Virus record (IMG/VR): IMGVR_UViG_3300011008_000049
Span: 1-64,000 of that record
Reading direction: 5' to 3' (one strand)
From: a virus
Lineage: Duplodnaviria; Caudoviricetes
DNA length: 64,000 bases
Part shown: positions 1 to 10,482 of the stretch, one piece after another
Layout: the number at the start of each line of letters is the position of its first letter
Numbering within the stretch: position 1 is the first letter of the stretch
The notes under the pieces: generated by a model
Databases searched by the model: none
What the model saw: the letters and a program-made list of their open reading frames with translations, nothing else
Told to the model about the DNA's origin: nothing
Position numbers and translations under genes: made by a program

Positions 1-1596
1 ATACCAAAACAGAACATCATCTGTTTTCGCAAGTCTCATTCTTCTGATATTTGAATGACACGTCATCGGCGCTCTGAAACAGGAAATTTCATCAGCGCCC
101 TTGTCAATCCAATACTTGTGATACACTTCTCCTGGTTTTAATAATCCGGTTACTTTAAGACTAAACATATTCTGCGCAAGAGCATATGGGTCGCCAGAAA
201 TCATTGCATAATTAGCATTGATTCTAATAGCACCGCGTTCTCCCATTTCAATGCGTTTCTTTATCATGTTATAAATCTTGCGCCTAATAAATGGGTCATT
301 TATCATCCTGCGGTCAATCATTAAAGCCTTTATGTAATTGTCAAGGTTCTCATTAAATGCGTTATCATCATCTAAACCAAATCCGGCAAGGAATGTTAAA
401 CTTTTGCGATAATCCAATCCAATAACATCTCTGATTTCATCAATTGTCGGCTGGCATAATTCGGCTAATTCTTCATCTGTAAATTCATAACTTTGTAAGA
501 ACTGATAATTCGTATCACGAACATTCTCCAACTCATCGGGTGTAGTTTTCGTGGTAGAAAATTGATAATGATTCTTTTCACAATTCTCATAATAATCTTC
601 CCACGACTTATAACTATCATAAAGTTTTAACATTGATTCTGTCAGAATTACTTCCGCCTGTCGCACATCTCTCTTATCGCCCCATACATCCGTTATCTCA
701 TATGTACCAGCAACTTTTTCTGCGAATTCGATAAAATCAAATGTATAGCACATACCTTTTGTCCAGGCATATCGTGTATTCATTCCTGCAATAGTATGTT
801 CCGAGTCTCCTGTAAGAAACTCATTTACCCTTTTTGAATACGATGGAAGCATTAAACCATAACCATCAGAATCATTATGTTCTATCTCATAATCCGATTC
901 ATGCGTTAATTCCGGCTCTCCATCAACGGCATCATTAATCAATATAATATTTTCCTTAAAATGAGTGATACAGTCTTTTACAACGATTATTCCGTTTGGC
1001 GGTGGAAGCGGAGTAGAGCCAGAGCATATCAGAGCTTGATATGCTTCTAATTTTGCCGGAACAAGTTCCTTTGACATATCTCTGCCATTATCAAGTCTTT
1101 TCTTCAACTCCGGATAGATTTCTTCATTTACATAAACAATAGTTGAGTTTTTAATTCCACCGTTTGTTCCAAGAAATCTCTTATATCGAATAACACACTT
1201 TTTCCCATCAACAACGCCATAGTCTATACTGAAACCTTGATTAGCTCTATCATAGTCAGAATCATTGTTCATGATTACACAAATATAGTCTTTTTGAAAT
1301 TGAAGATTATAAAGCGTATCATAATAGTTTCTGATAAGCATTTTATTATTTGGGCTTTTTGGTTGTTTCTTAATGCCTCTTATCTTTTTTTGAATGCTGC
1401 GAACTTTTTCGTTAATGTCCTCAACGCCATTTATTTCGTCAATGAATCTTAAACACTGGCTGTCGTTAAGTGAAACTATAACTTCCGGGCAAGTCCGCAT
1501 AGCCACTTTGAGAGGGAGAGTCAAATTCCATTTTGCTCTCTTTAATACCTTGCTCTCAATTTTGTAAATGAATTTGTGAACTGCCTTTTGTTCCAT
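1..1596 (-). CDS. YonO-like single-subunit (RdRP-fold) phage DNA-dependent RNA polymerase, runs off the left edge
   Basis: Hand translation from ATG at 1596 (GGAGG RBS) is open to base 1: MEQKAVHKFIYKIES...NDSDGYGLM...TKGMCYTFDF...ISGDPY...CFRAPMT; the catalytic DxDGD would lie beyond the window. Confidence 0.75.
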   Translation of the reverse strand, partial: MEQKAVHKFIYKIESKVLKRAKWNLTLPLKVAMRTCPEVIVSLNDSQCLRFIDEINGVEDINEKVRSIQKKIRGIKKQPKSPNNKMLIRNYYDTLYNLQFQKDYICVIMNNDSDYDRANQGFSIDYGVVDGKKCVIRYKRFLGTNGGIKNSTIVYVNEEIYPELKKRLDNGRDMSKELVPAKLEAYQALICSGSTPLPPPNGIIVVKDCITHFKENIILINDAVDGEPELTHESDYEIEHNDSDGYGLMLPSYSKRVNEFLTGDSEHTIAGMNTRYAWTKGMCYTFDFIEFAEKVAGTYEITDVWGDKRDVRQAEVILTESMLKLYDSYKSWEDYYENCEKNHYQFSTTKTTPDELENVRDTNYQFLQSYEFTDEELAELCQPTIDEIRDVIGLDYRKSLTFLAGFGLDDDNAFNENLDNYIKALMIDRRMINDPFIRRKIYNMIKKRIEMGERGAIRINANYAMISGDPYALAQNMFSLKVTGLLKPGEVYHKYWIDKGADEISCFRAPMTCHSNIRRMRLAKTDDVLFWY

Positions 1597-1625
1597 TCAT
1601 TTACCTCCTATTTCATGGGTATAGT

Positions 1626-2108
1626 TTAATTTCCTAAATAAACCGAAAACTCAACGGTTGCAAAATAATTACCTGCTTTCAAATAATCCGCTTCATAGTT
1701 TTCTTCTCCAACACAAAAACTGATTTTTGAATTTGTATCTTCTCCATAAAAACAGCCGACACAGTATTGAGGGACATCCGTATCTCCCGAAGTAACAATA
1801 TTTTTCTTTAACGTGTTCTCACCGTTATCGTGTGTAAAAAGAATTCTTCCGTTCTCATCAACATTTGAAACAACAACAAAAACTCTTTCTCCATTTGCTA
1901 CATTAAGATAATCAGCCTGAAAAGTATATTGTCCACAATCGGCATCAATGTATTCAGGGATTAAAATACAATAACTGCTTTGTACTCGATATGTAATTGT
2001 CGTACTTGCGCTTCCTTCATATACTTGTGAATCTTCTGCGTGAGCAGTAACACAAGAAATTGACAGCAATAGAATCATTGCCAAAATAAGTGATATTAAC
2101 TTTTTCAT
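1626..2108 (-). CDS. secreted hypothetical protein
   Basis: Signal peptide MKKLISLILAMILLLSISCVTAHA. Confidence 0.75.
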   Translation of the reverse strand: MKKLISLILAMILLLSISCVTAHAEDSQVYEGSASTTITYRVQSSYCILIPEYIDADCGQYTFQADYLNVANGERVFVVVSNVDENGRILFTHDNGENTLKKNIVTSGDTDVPQYCVGCFYGEDTNSKISFCVGEENYEADYLKAGNYFATVEFSVYLGN

Positions 2109-2112
2109 AAAT

Positions 2113-2595
2113 CTACCTTTCTATAACTATTAAATTAAAATTGACCTTTGCAGAATTCAATTCAGAACCATCAGACTTGAAACATTGAATCCGCAAAACT
2201 CCGCTGTATTGACCTTTTGATAATTCATCGGCAAGCTCGATTTGATAATAACCATTGCCGGGAGCAACATATCCGGATTTCCATACCTGCTTTTCATTAA
2301 CAAACAAAGTCATTAGGAAAAGACAGTCGTTGCCTTCAGGATTGTAAAAATTGACCGCTTGTTCCTTTTGCCGTTCAATAAAAACCAATTCATCAAATCC
2401 AGGAATTGCGATTACATCTCCCTGCGCCCGCGCCGCCCTCGGTAAAGACTGTTCACCGTTCCACGGAGTTGCATTGTCATCTTTAATAAGAGACTCATTA
2501 TCCGTCCGATGGGTGCGCAGCACCTCCGCCGTGCCAAAAATCAACAGCAAAATTATAATGATGATTAAAACAATAATTATCTTTTTTGATTTCAT
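2113..2595 (-). CDS. membrane-anchored hypothetical protein
   Basis: N-terminal hydrophobic anchor, beta-rich C-terminus. Confidence 0.75.
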   Translation of the reverse strand: MKSKKIIIVLIIIIILLLIFGTAEVLRTHRTDNESLIKDDNATPWNGEQSLPRAARAQGDVIAIPGFDELVFIERQKEQAVNFYNPEGNDCLFLMTLFVNEKQVWKSGYVAPGNGYYQIELADELSKGQYSGVLRIQCFKSDGSELNSAKVNFNLIVIER

Positions 2596-2615
2596 AAATA
2601 TATACCAGTATTATT

Positions 2616-3029
2616 CTATCTTATTTTTAATGACAATCTAAAACAACGCTCTTTTTCTAAATATCTAACCTGCAAATTATCATGCTCATATCTCAATAAC
2701 TCTGCTACTTGATATATGTAAAAGCAATAATCAATCTCACCTTTGCGGATATGAGATAAAATATCATTGATAAAATCACAATAACATTGATACTGTGTCT
2801 TACCGTGATATGTTCTGTCCGGACTATATGGTAACTCCGGTATAACAGTCATTTGGCTGAATGGAGATTGACTTATCTTTGATTTCAATAATTCAAAATC
2901 ACATTGCCATTGTTTGTCTGTATAGTCTGATGGTGGTTTTCCGGTTCTCTCTAAAATGCTAACAATAGTGAAATACCTCCTTTCAAAATTCTGGATGTAA
3001 AGTACCGCCCACCATGGGCGATTGACCAT
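2616..3029 (-). CDS. hypothetical protein (true start probably near 2966)
   Basis: ORF; an AGGAGG RBS at about 2976-2982 suggests a later start. Confidence 0.6.
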   Translation of the reverse strand: MVNRPWWAVLYIQNFERRYFTIVSILERTGKPPSDYTDKQWQCDFELLKSKISQSPFSQMTVIPELPYSPDRTYHGKTQYQCYCDFINDILSHIRKGEIDYCFYIYQVAELLRYEHDNLQVRYLEKERCFRLSLKIR

Positions 3030-3049
3030 TCCTTTTTAACTCCACGGTC

Positions 3050-3078
3050 ATTATAGCATACTTTTAGAGTTATGTCAA
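3050..3078 (-). promoter_or_regulatory. sigmaA promoter, leftward
   Basis: TTGACA-N17-TATAAT on the minus strand. Confidence 0.8.
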
Positions 3079-3468
3079 GAGGTTTTCGCAAATTATTTTT
3101 AACATTTTTCCGGGTTCAGAATTTGAATCGTTGCGCCATCGGTAAAGACGAAACCAACAAAGAAAATTTTCTTCTCTTATATATATATATATATATTAAT
3201 ACTATTCTTGATTTCTAATAGAAATTAAGAATAGTCTTAAATGAGTTAGAAATCAATACTATTATTAATTTCTATCCTATACTATACTGAATTGTATTAC
3301 TATTAAGAATTGTATTAAAGTATAGTATAGTGCATTTTCTAATTTCATTTTTCGGAGAAGAAAGTAATTGAATTACTTCAATTTTCGGGAATAAAAAGAT
3401 AATTGTTTTGCACCAATTTTGTTCCGAAACATGATTTGAAACCATAGCAATACAATTACTGATTCTTA

Positions 3469-3703
3469 TAAACTCCGAAACTTTGGGAGTTACAATTCTT
3501 TTTAAGCTGCTAAAAATCATTATTTTATAAAACCGTTTTCGGTACACCGAAAATTAGATACTCAAACTCCGAAACATTGAGGGTTAGAATCGTTAAAAAT
3601 GTGTTTTCGGTAAATGATTTATTTTAGACCAAACACCCAATAATTGAGGGTTTATGATGTTAAAGAACTCTTTTCGGTAAACTCCGAAAGTATGGGGGTT
3701 TAT
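3469..3703. repeat. four imperfect palindromic ~24-bp repeats AAACWCCSAA..TGRGRGTT
   Basis: Copies near 3470, 3564, 3631, 3679; also TTTTCGGT-AC-ACCGAAAA inverted repeat near 3536. Confidence 0.6.
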
Positions 3704-4300
3704 AGAGGTTTAAGAAAAATGAATCGAAAAATTTGGGTGAGGTTAGTGAGGAACACATTCCGCTCTGGAGGACTGCTCCGGCAGTCATGGAAATGTAAAC
3801 ATACCCGCCTATTAAGGACAAAAAACAGAATTACAGAAAAGCAATAAAATTTTTGTTTTATGCTGATTCTGTCAAGCTGTCATTTTTGAAAAAATCAATT
3901 TTGATTTTCGATTTTTTCGGGAACGGTTCAAAAATCAATTTTTATTTTTGATTTTTTTATCAATTCATTTTTTCATTTTTTCCATCAAATCAAAATCCAT
4001 CTTTTCCGGTTCAGTTATTCAAAAACCATCTTTTTATATTTCCGATAATGATATATTTTTCTGTTATTCCTTTATATTTCTTTTTCCGGCGTTTATTGCT
4101 TTTCCGATATTCCTATAATATCCAGGTTTAGCAATTCCGGCAACATGATATATATTGATTCAATATTGATATTATCCAGAGCATACCGGCAGAGTTGATT
4201 ATATTATGCAATATGCACAACACAATATCATTATATCACTTTGTCAATTATGCAATTCTTACAAATCCGCAAAAATCACAAAAAAATTTCAAAAAAGGGC

Positions 4301-4329
4301 TTGACAGACTGAAAGCAGTTTGATATAAT
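4301..4329 (+). promoter_or_regulatory. sigmaA early promoter with ACTG-N4-CAGT palindrome in the spacer
   Basis: TTGACA-N17-TATAAT. Confidence 0.85.
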
Positions 4330-4433
4330 AAGCACAACAAAGGCAAGCGGGCAGCACAAAAGCCCGCAAATATAAAGCCTTTATAAATAATCCGGAGCAA
4401 CACAAAAAGCGGATTATAAATCAGGAGGACAAA

Positions 4434-4754
4434 ATGAAAAAGAATATTTTTACAATCGGATTAAACGACAAAGACAAAGAAATTCAGATTATCAGCACCC
4501 CCGAAGCGAAGCAGATTATAGCCGAAACACTGATAAATAAATATGATGTTTTCGCTTTTACAATGTACGAATGCGCCGGAGTCTACCGCATGAATAGCAC
4601 GGGCGCAATTATCCAGGAGGCAAGCATCCGCGTTGAAATTGCAACCGATGAAGAATTGACCGCCGCCGATGGAATAATCGGAGAATTGAAGGAAAGACTG
4701 AATCAGGAAAGTATCATGCACGAAGTAACCGAAGCAAATATATATTTCAAATAA
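4434..4754 (+). CDS. hypothetical early protein
   Basis: AGGAGG RBS, first gene after promoter. Confidence 0.8.
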   Translation: MKKNIFTIGLNDKDKEIQIISTPEAKQIIAETLINKYDVFAFTMYECAGVYRMNSTGAIIQEASIRVEIATDEELTAADGIIGELKERLNQESIMHEVTEANIYFK

Positions 4755-4827
4755 TAAGACTGAATAACACTATAACATATATCACGCTGACCGGCGGCAG
4801 CGAAATCCCGCCGGAGGGAGGTTTAAT

Positions 4828-5079
4828 ATGAAAACTATGTATTTAATCAAAGGCGAATACACGAAAACCGGCAAGATATTTTATTTAGGTAAAGGCGGTT
4901 ATGTTGTAGATTATGAAGGCGGTTATTGCTTTTATATGGACTGTTACGAAACAGAACGCGCCGCGAAAATGACCGCTACAAAATACAATAAAAGAAATGA
5001 ATTTGATGTGAAACACAATTCAAAGTATATCAGCGAAACGCATTATTCCGCTTTTCCCGTTGAGTTTGGCACGGTATAA
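4828..5079 (+). CDS. hypothetical protein
   Basis: GGAGG RBS, early operon. Confidence 0.75.
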   Translation: MKTMYLIKGEYTKTGKIFYLGKGGYVVDYEGGYCFYMDCYETERAAKMTATKYNKRNEFDVKHNSKYISETHYSAFPVEFGTV

Positions 5080-5115
5080 CACAATAAACAATTATATTAT
5101 AGGAGGGCTATTACA

Positions 5116-5448
5116 ATGGCACGCAATACAAAACCGGAATACATTAAAAAACTTTTGAAGCTGGAAGCGCCGAAGGGCTATAAATTCGATGTTGCGAATT
5201 ATCTTTATAATCCGGCGTATGGGTACGATTATCCCGCCTTTATCAAAGTTATTGATGAAGATGAAACGACTGAAACAGTCCGCCGCGTTTACTATTTCAA
5301 GTATTACGGAGGAACGGGCGAATACAAAGAAGAAATTTATAAAAGAGACAAAAGCAAAGAGGGATGGCAAGTTATCACGAATAGACAAGAAAAGACACTT
5401 GAAGAATCAAACCGCTTTAATCTCAATAAACTATTATCTTTGATTTAA
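5116..5448 (+). CDS. hypothetical protein
   Basis: AGGAGG RBS. Confidence 0.75.
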   Translation: MARNTKPEYIKKLLKLEAPKGYKFDVANYLYNPAYGYDYPAFIKVIDEDETTETVRRVYYFKYYGGTGEYKEEIYKRDKSKEGWQVITNRQEKTLEESNRFNLNKLLSLI

Positions 5449-5461
5449 GGAGGAAACGAAA

Positions 5462-5803
5462 ATGACCGCAACATTCAATAATATCATGAATCGCTATGAA
5501 TGTGAATTTACGAATAACAAAGGCGAAAAAATCCTTCTTTGGATTAGCAAAACGAAGCACGACAGAAAAGCGAAAAGAGGATTGATGAATCTCTGGATTA
5601 AAGCCGGATATATGAAAAAGTTTATTCCGGAAACGTGGAACATTGACACATATGTATATGACTCTGAAGGAAATTGTAGAAGAAAATACAATCCGCAAAT
5701 TACAGCGGACGGACGGAAAATCAATTTTGAATGGATGATTGAAGCAACGCCGGAGAATTTACAGAAAATTATATCGGAAGTTGAACGGCGGGCGAATGGA
5801 TAA
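5462..5803 (+). CDS. hypothetical protein
   Basis: AGGAGG RBS. Confidence 0.75.
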   Translation: MTATFNNIMNRYECEFTNNKGEKILLWISKTKHDRKAKRGLMNLWIKAGYMKKFIPETWNIDTYVYDSEGNCRRKYNPQITADGRKINFEWMIEATPENLQKIISEVERRANG

Positions 5804-5992
5804 GGAGGCGGAAAAATGGAAGTAAAAACCTATTGCATAAACAGAGGAACGGCAGCGGAATTTTACGGGCTGAAAAACGCGGAAGATAATATACCATTAT
5901 ACGCCGCGCCGAATAACTGGAAAACGGAAAAAGGCGCGGAACGATGGGCGGAAAAACACGGTTACAAAGTACAGAGATAAACGGAGGCAAAC

Positions 5993-6178
5993 ATGGAATA
6001 TAAACCGAAAAGATATATCATTGAAATGTGCAACGATTTTGTAAAAAGGCACGAAAACGCCGGAAACATTGAGAGCGCCCGGAAGATTGACAGAATCCGA
6101 AATGATTATATTTGCGGAATGCTGACGGAAATTGATGCTATAAAATCAATCATGGCAGAGGAGGAAAAAGAAAGATGA
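5993..6178 (+). CDS. hypothetical protein
   Basis: GGAGG RBS. Confidence 0.7.
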   Translation: MEYKPKRYIIEMCNDFVKRHENAGNIESARKIDRIRNDYICGMLTEIDAIKSIMAEEEKER

Positions 6179-6447
6179 AACGAATCGCGGAAAATTTTGA
6201 TGAATTTATCGTCAAGGTAGAGGAAGCGGAAAGAACGGTATTAAATACCGAAATCGGGCAGCAATTCACAAAGGAATATTTGAAAGAGTGTTTACGGAAA
6301 AATCCAGGAATGACGGCGGAAGAATGGACGGAAAAGAAAAGCGAATTGATGACCGTTATATTCTTGATGTTCGTCAAGGAAAATCCGGAAGCGTTCAAAG
6401 AATTTGCGGAACATACATACAACGAATTAAGGAAGGAGGAAAATTAA
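6175..6447 (+). CDS. hypothetical protein, paralog of 22531..22815
   Basis: ATGA overlap; shared GQ..NP.MT.EEW..K....IF...KENP pattern. Confidence 0.75.
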   Translation: MKRIAENFDEFIVKVEEAERTVLNTEIGQQFTKEYLKECLRKNPGMTAEEWTEKKSELMTVIFLMFVKENPEAFKEFAEHTYNELRKEEN

Positions 6448-6511
6448 AGCCGAAACGGGCGGAAGCCCGTCACCGGAAAGATGGGCTATCCGGTCTGATG
6501 ATGGCAGCCCG

Positions 6512-7135
6512 ATGGAGGAAAATATGAAAAGAATATCAGAGCTTTTAACACTTGAAAAGGAATCCGATGTAAAAATCGCATATTGTGAAATCATATCGGA
6601 TTATACAAACGAAAAGGAAAATACAAGAACACGAATTTTATTTGATGAGCATACCGGAAAATATTATTTCCACCAGATGAAAGACGGAAAAATTTTGAAA
6701 TGTTTTGAAATCGCTTTATCGTGGAAACCGTTTGAAAAGATTTATATATTCTGTTTTACGCTGGATGATATGCACGTTTACGAAATCGACTCACGGCAGC
6801 CGGAGAAAATCGAAATTAAAAAGTTGGAGGAAAATCAGATAAGCGCCGGAATGAAATGCGAATATGACGGAATGACGGTTGAATATGAATCGGAAAATTC
6901 TTTGAAATTCAATGGAAAATCTATTGAAGTGATACCGGAATCCGGATATGTTTTCAAGTTGAGAAAACGGAAGATATACGCCCAGGACGGAGCAAAAGGA
7001 TTATATATCTTTTTGGAAAATATCGCGGTGAATGGAAATTTTGCCGGACACGGTGAAGATATTAAAATCGGAAATTTTGTTTTAATGTCGCCGGATAGAA
7101 ATTACTGGATGAGATTTAAGGATATGTATTTATAA
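6512..7135 (+). CDS. hypothetical protein
   Basis: 207-aa ORF in early operon. Confidence 0.75.
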   Translation: MEENMKRISELLTLEKESDVKIAYCEIISDYTNEKENTRTRILFDEHTGKYYFHQMKDGKILKCFEIALSWKPFEKIYIFCFTLDDMHVYEIDSRQPEKIEIKKLEENQISAGMKCEYDGMTVEYESENSLKFNGKSIEVIPESGYVFKLRKRKIYAQDGAKGLYIFLENIAVNGNFAGHGEDIKIGNFVLMSPDRNYWMRFKDMYL

Positions 7136-7148
7136 GGAGGAACGAAAC

Positions 7149-7388
7149 ATGACAAAAGCGGAACGAATGGAAGATATAAAGAATAGATATTCCCTTGCAT
7201 TATCCGAAAGGAATTTTACAGAGCCGGGAACGGAAAGTTATAAAATATTATCGGAAGTCGCAAAAATGATATTGTCGGAAATTTCCGGAATCTGTTTGAA
7301 TCGCTGTAAGGATGTAAACCGTTATGGTTTTAGGATGTACGGAAGTAAATATAAAATGATTATTTTATCGGAAAATCAGAGAGTATAA
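7149..7388 (+). CDS. hypothetical protein
   Basis: AGGAGG RBS. Confidence 0.7.
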   Translation: MTKAERMEDIKNRYSLALSERNFTEPGTESYKILSEVAKMILSEISGICLNRCKDVNRYGFRMYGSKYKMIILSENQRV

Positions 7389-7403
7389 AGGGAGAATATA
7401 AAA

Positions 7404-7832
7404 ATGAAAAATTGGGAATTTGCCGTTAAATCAGCGGAAGAAATCAGGCAGCGCGGATTATGCGGATGGTATGCAATTCTTGTAAACGGAAAAGACAGTT
7501 ATACCGGAAAGACAAAGGATGATTATATCAAAGAAGGATATACCGTTCTATCGGAAAATGAATTTGATGAGCTTATAGCGGAAAACGAAAGAAATCAATG
7601 CAACGACTGGAAAGAAATCACGGAGGAAGAATACGAAAGAGCGTTGAACATTCTACCGCCGAAAAAGTGGCACGATGGCGGATTTTATATCGGAGAATGT
7701 TACAGCGGTTCGCTTTACGGATTTTATCAGAAGTTTAACGGAAAATACTACACGTCATTACAGAGTATTTACACAAAGCGGGAGGAAATCCTGGAAAATC
7801 TCAAAAAGTTTATAGAAAGGAATGTCAAGTAA
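7404..7832 (+). CDS. hypothetical protein
   Basis: GGGAG RBS; EITEEEY...LNILPP motif typical of phage early proteins. Confidence 0.7.
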   Translation: MKNWEFAVKSAEEIRQRGLCGWYAILVNGKDSYTGKTKDDYIKEGYTVLSENEFDELIAENERNQCNDWKEITEEEYERALNILPPKKWHDGGFYIGECYSGSLYGFYQKFNGKYYTSLQSIYTKREEILENLKKFIERNVK

Positions 7833-7852
7833 ATTCCGAAAAAACTTGACAA

Positions 7853-8128
7853 ATGACAAGTAAAATGAAATTAACTGATATTGAATTATTGGCGGCGTTG
7901 GAAAATTTAAGGATTGGTTATCAATACAGGGATATTGATGATTATACAATGCGCATAGCATCCGCCATAGTTGCGAAAAATCTCGGTTATAAGGATAGAG
8001 CCGAATGGACGGAAAAATTAAGCGAATCCGGACTTGTAAAATATGAAATTTGTGATGACACGGAAGCCGCAAGAGCAAATTATTTGCGATTGATGGAAAA
8101 ATTAGATAAAGGAGAAAATGAACAATGA
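7853..8128 (+). CDS. hypothetical protein
   Basis: ORF overlapping next start. Confidence 0.65.
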   Translation: MTSKMKLTDIELLAALENLRIGYQYRDIDDYTMRIASAIVAKNLGYKDRAEWTEKLSESGLVKYEICDDTEAARANYLRLMEKLDKGENEQ

Positions 8129-8826
8129 AAAAGTATAAAGTATTTTGTAGAGCCGACAAAAGAGGCGCACAGTGGAGAGCATACAGCGGATTATTTGACA
8201 CAATGGAAGAAGCCGCCGACAGTCTTTTAATGGCGATTGATTTTGATAAGTGTGACCCGGTTATTTTCAAAGTTGAAGCCGTTGAGACAACGGAAAACGC
8301 CTCCAGAAGCGCGGAATGTATTTGTTTTACCGATGTTCAAGCAGATGTATATGAACAGGTTAAAAAGGCAAAGAAAGCCGGAGAGACGGAAAAACTAAAC
8401 GGAATCCGCGACAAATACGGATATGACCTTTATAAATGGGCGCTGGATGAATTGAATAAACAGGAGGAAAAGGTTATTGAAATTCTATGGGGCGCAGCTT
8501 GTAGCGGAGAAATTGACACGCTGAAGGCATATTATGAGAACGGCGGAAAAGTAAACCGCAGATATTATAAATTTGGAATTGCGCATAGTTTAATCGCCGG
8601 AGCATTGCGGAACGGTCAAACGGAAACAGTCAAGTATTTACAGAGCAGAGGCGAATCAGTGGCAAGCGTAACGGAACATAGCGAATTGAGAGGGCTATAT
8701 CTGAACGTTTTAATCGAAGCGGCGGAAAATCTGGTTGATTATTTCAAATACCATAACAAGAATACGACAAAGGCGCAGGACGAAAAAATTGATGATTTAG
8801 CGGAGATTTTACGCATAATCAAATAG
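8125..8826 (+). CDS. protein with ankyrin-repeat-like segment
   Basis: LWGAACSGEIDTLKAYYENGGKVN and LIAGALRNGQTETVKYLQSRG resemble ankyrin repeats. Confidence 0.55.
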   Translation: MKKYKVFCRADKRGAQWRAYSGLFDTMEEAADSLLMAIDFDKCDPVIFKVEAVETTENASRSAECICFTDVQADVYEQVKKAKKAGETEKLNGIRDKYGYDLYKWALDELNKQEEKVIEILWGAACSGEIDTLKAYYENGGKVNRRYYKFGIAHSLIAGALRNGQTETVKYLQSRGESVASVTEHSELRGLYLNVLIEAAENLVDYFKYHNKNTTKAQDEKIDDLAEILRIIK

Positions 8827-9027
8827 GAGGACAAAATGAAAAAGAATATAATCGGAAAATCGCTTGTAGTATTATCCGTGATGTTGATTGCATGGTTCAT
8901 GTTGAGTTGGGCGGAAATTGTAGCCCATAATCTGGACGAGCATCCTACATATAATAAATATAATATGTTCGTTCTGATGACGGAAAATCAAAATTAAAAA
9001 TAATTTTGAAAAATTTCAAAAAAGGTA

Positions 9028-9056
9028 TTGACAAACTGAAAGCAGTATGATATACT
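9028..9056 (+). promoter_or_regulatory. sigmaA promoter
   Basis: TTGACA-N17-TATACT, spacer near-identical to that at 4301. Confidence 0.8.
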
Positions 9057-9149
9057 ATTATCAGAAAGGAACAAGAGAGCGCCGCAGCGGGCGCAAAATT
9101 AAAACCGTTATAAATAAGACGGAGCAACAACAGAACGGAGGATAAAACA

Positions 9150-9458
9150 ATGGAAATCAAAATCACAAGGCGCAGAAAACTTTATGAGAATCACAATTCG
9201 ATGGTATCAAATTATTGCTATTTGGTACAGGGCAGAATTTATGATGAAAGCGGAGCATGGTATAAGAAATTCCGATTTGTGGTTATCTTTGATGGATATG
9301 ACCTTTACGAAGCAGAAATGACCGCAGCGGAATATCTGGAGGAAAGTATCGCCGGATTTACGATGAACATTGAAAGTTTTGAGAATTGCAAAGCGTTTTA
9401 TGAAATGTGCAAGGACTCAATTGAACACTACAACGAAACATTCGCAAGAGCGGCATAA
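9150..9458 (+). CDS. hypothetical protein
   Basis: GGAGG RBS. Confidence 0.75.
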   Translation: MEIKITRRRKLYENHNSMVSNYCYLVQGRIYDESGAWYKKFRFVVIFDGYDLYEAEMTAAEYLEESIAGFTMNIESFENCKAFYEMCKDSIEHYNETFARAA

Positions 9459-9474
9459 GAAAGGAGAAATCAAA

Positions 9475-9994
9475 ATGTCAGCACCGAATTTTAAGCCGAT
9501 GGAATACAATATGCCGATGGTATGCGGCGGCATGAACTATTGGGAACAGAAAGAAGCATATGAAAAAGAATATGGAGAAGAATACACGCCTGGAATGTTC
9601 TACATGGACACGGAAGAAGAATTTACCGAAGCGCAGAGAATGGCGGAAAACTTCACCGAAAATCTGAAATTTCACGATGTAACGGTAATCGGGGGGATAT
9701 TACGAAGGTTTTCAATTTTGGGTAGAAGAAAAGTATAGCGGATATTTTGACCTTGATAAAGGTTCAAGATACTGTATCGACAATGAAGATGCAAGATACT
9801 ATTTCGATATGTACCGTAGTCAAGCATTGAGAGCAGCGGAATCGGAAAAGCGCAAAATCGAAAGATGGCTTGAAAGTCTGAATGGACACGGTTTTGAAAT
9901 CCTTGTATGTACCGGTAGATTTTCCGATGGTTCGGCAACATACGGAAACAGAAACAATGTTCGGGCAAGGCTGAAAGCCGCTTGCATAGCATAA
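9475..9994 (+). pseudogene. hypothetical protein frameshifted at G6 tract 9691-9696
   Basis: Removing one G joins 9475 ATG to the 9809..9994 frame (IGGYYEGFQFWVEEKY...). Confidence 0.6.
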
Positions 9995-10013
9995 AAGAAA
10001 GGAGGAAATCGAA

Positions 10014-10214
10014 ATGAAAATCATGGTTATTGTTGTGATTTGCCTTTATGCAGCATTCAACTTTGTGACCGCAAAGATGATGAACGCAAGTGAAATGAAG
10101 GAACACTTCATTGACGGTCAGTGTGTTGTCGGCAAAATTGCCGCGAATGTGTTCTACATTCCGGCATGGGTACTCAAAGGATTAAAATTCGTTATCGACA
10201 TTCTGGTTAAGTAA
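10014..10214 (+). CDS. small membrane protein
   Basis: RBS, hydrophobic segments. Confidence 0.7.
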   Translation: MKIMVIVVICLYAAFNFVTAKMMNASEMKEHFIDGQCVVGKIAANVFYIPAWVLKGLKFVIDILVK

Positions 10215-10281
10215 ACTACATAATCCGGATGAGCTATCAGACCGGCAAACAACGGGCGATTAAAAACGGAGGATATTAAAA

Positions 10282-10482
10282 ATGATGTATAAAGAGCTGA
10301 AAAAGCGTATTATTGATTGGCTTATGGAAAACGAAAATCAATGGCAGAGAGTAAATAGTTGTCATGAGGCATTCAGAGAATACATTTATGATAAAAACGG
10401 TCAATATATTATTGGCGGTGAGGACGTATCAAAGTTTATCAGCGAAGCAGATAATTTAATTTATGGAGGGAGAAAGATATAA
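10282..10482 (+). CDS. hypothetical protein
   Basis: GGAGG RBS. Confidence 0.7.
   Translation: MMYKELKKRIIDWLMENENQWQRVNSCHEAFREYIYDKNGQYIIGGEDVSKFISEADNLIYGGRKI

Noticed and set aside
1237-3847. ORFs 1237..1452, 2351..2641, 3272..3547 and 3644..3847
   Set aside because: Antisense to real genes or low-complexity frames in the non-coding region, without RBS
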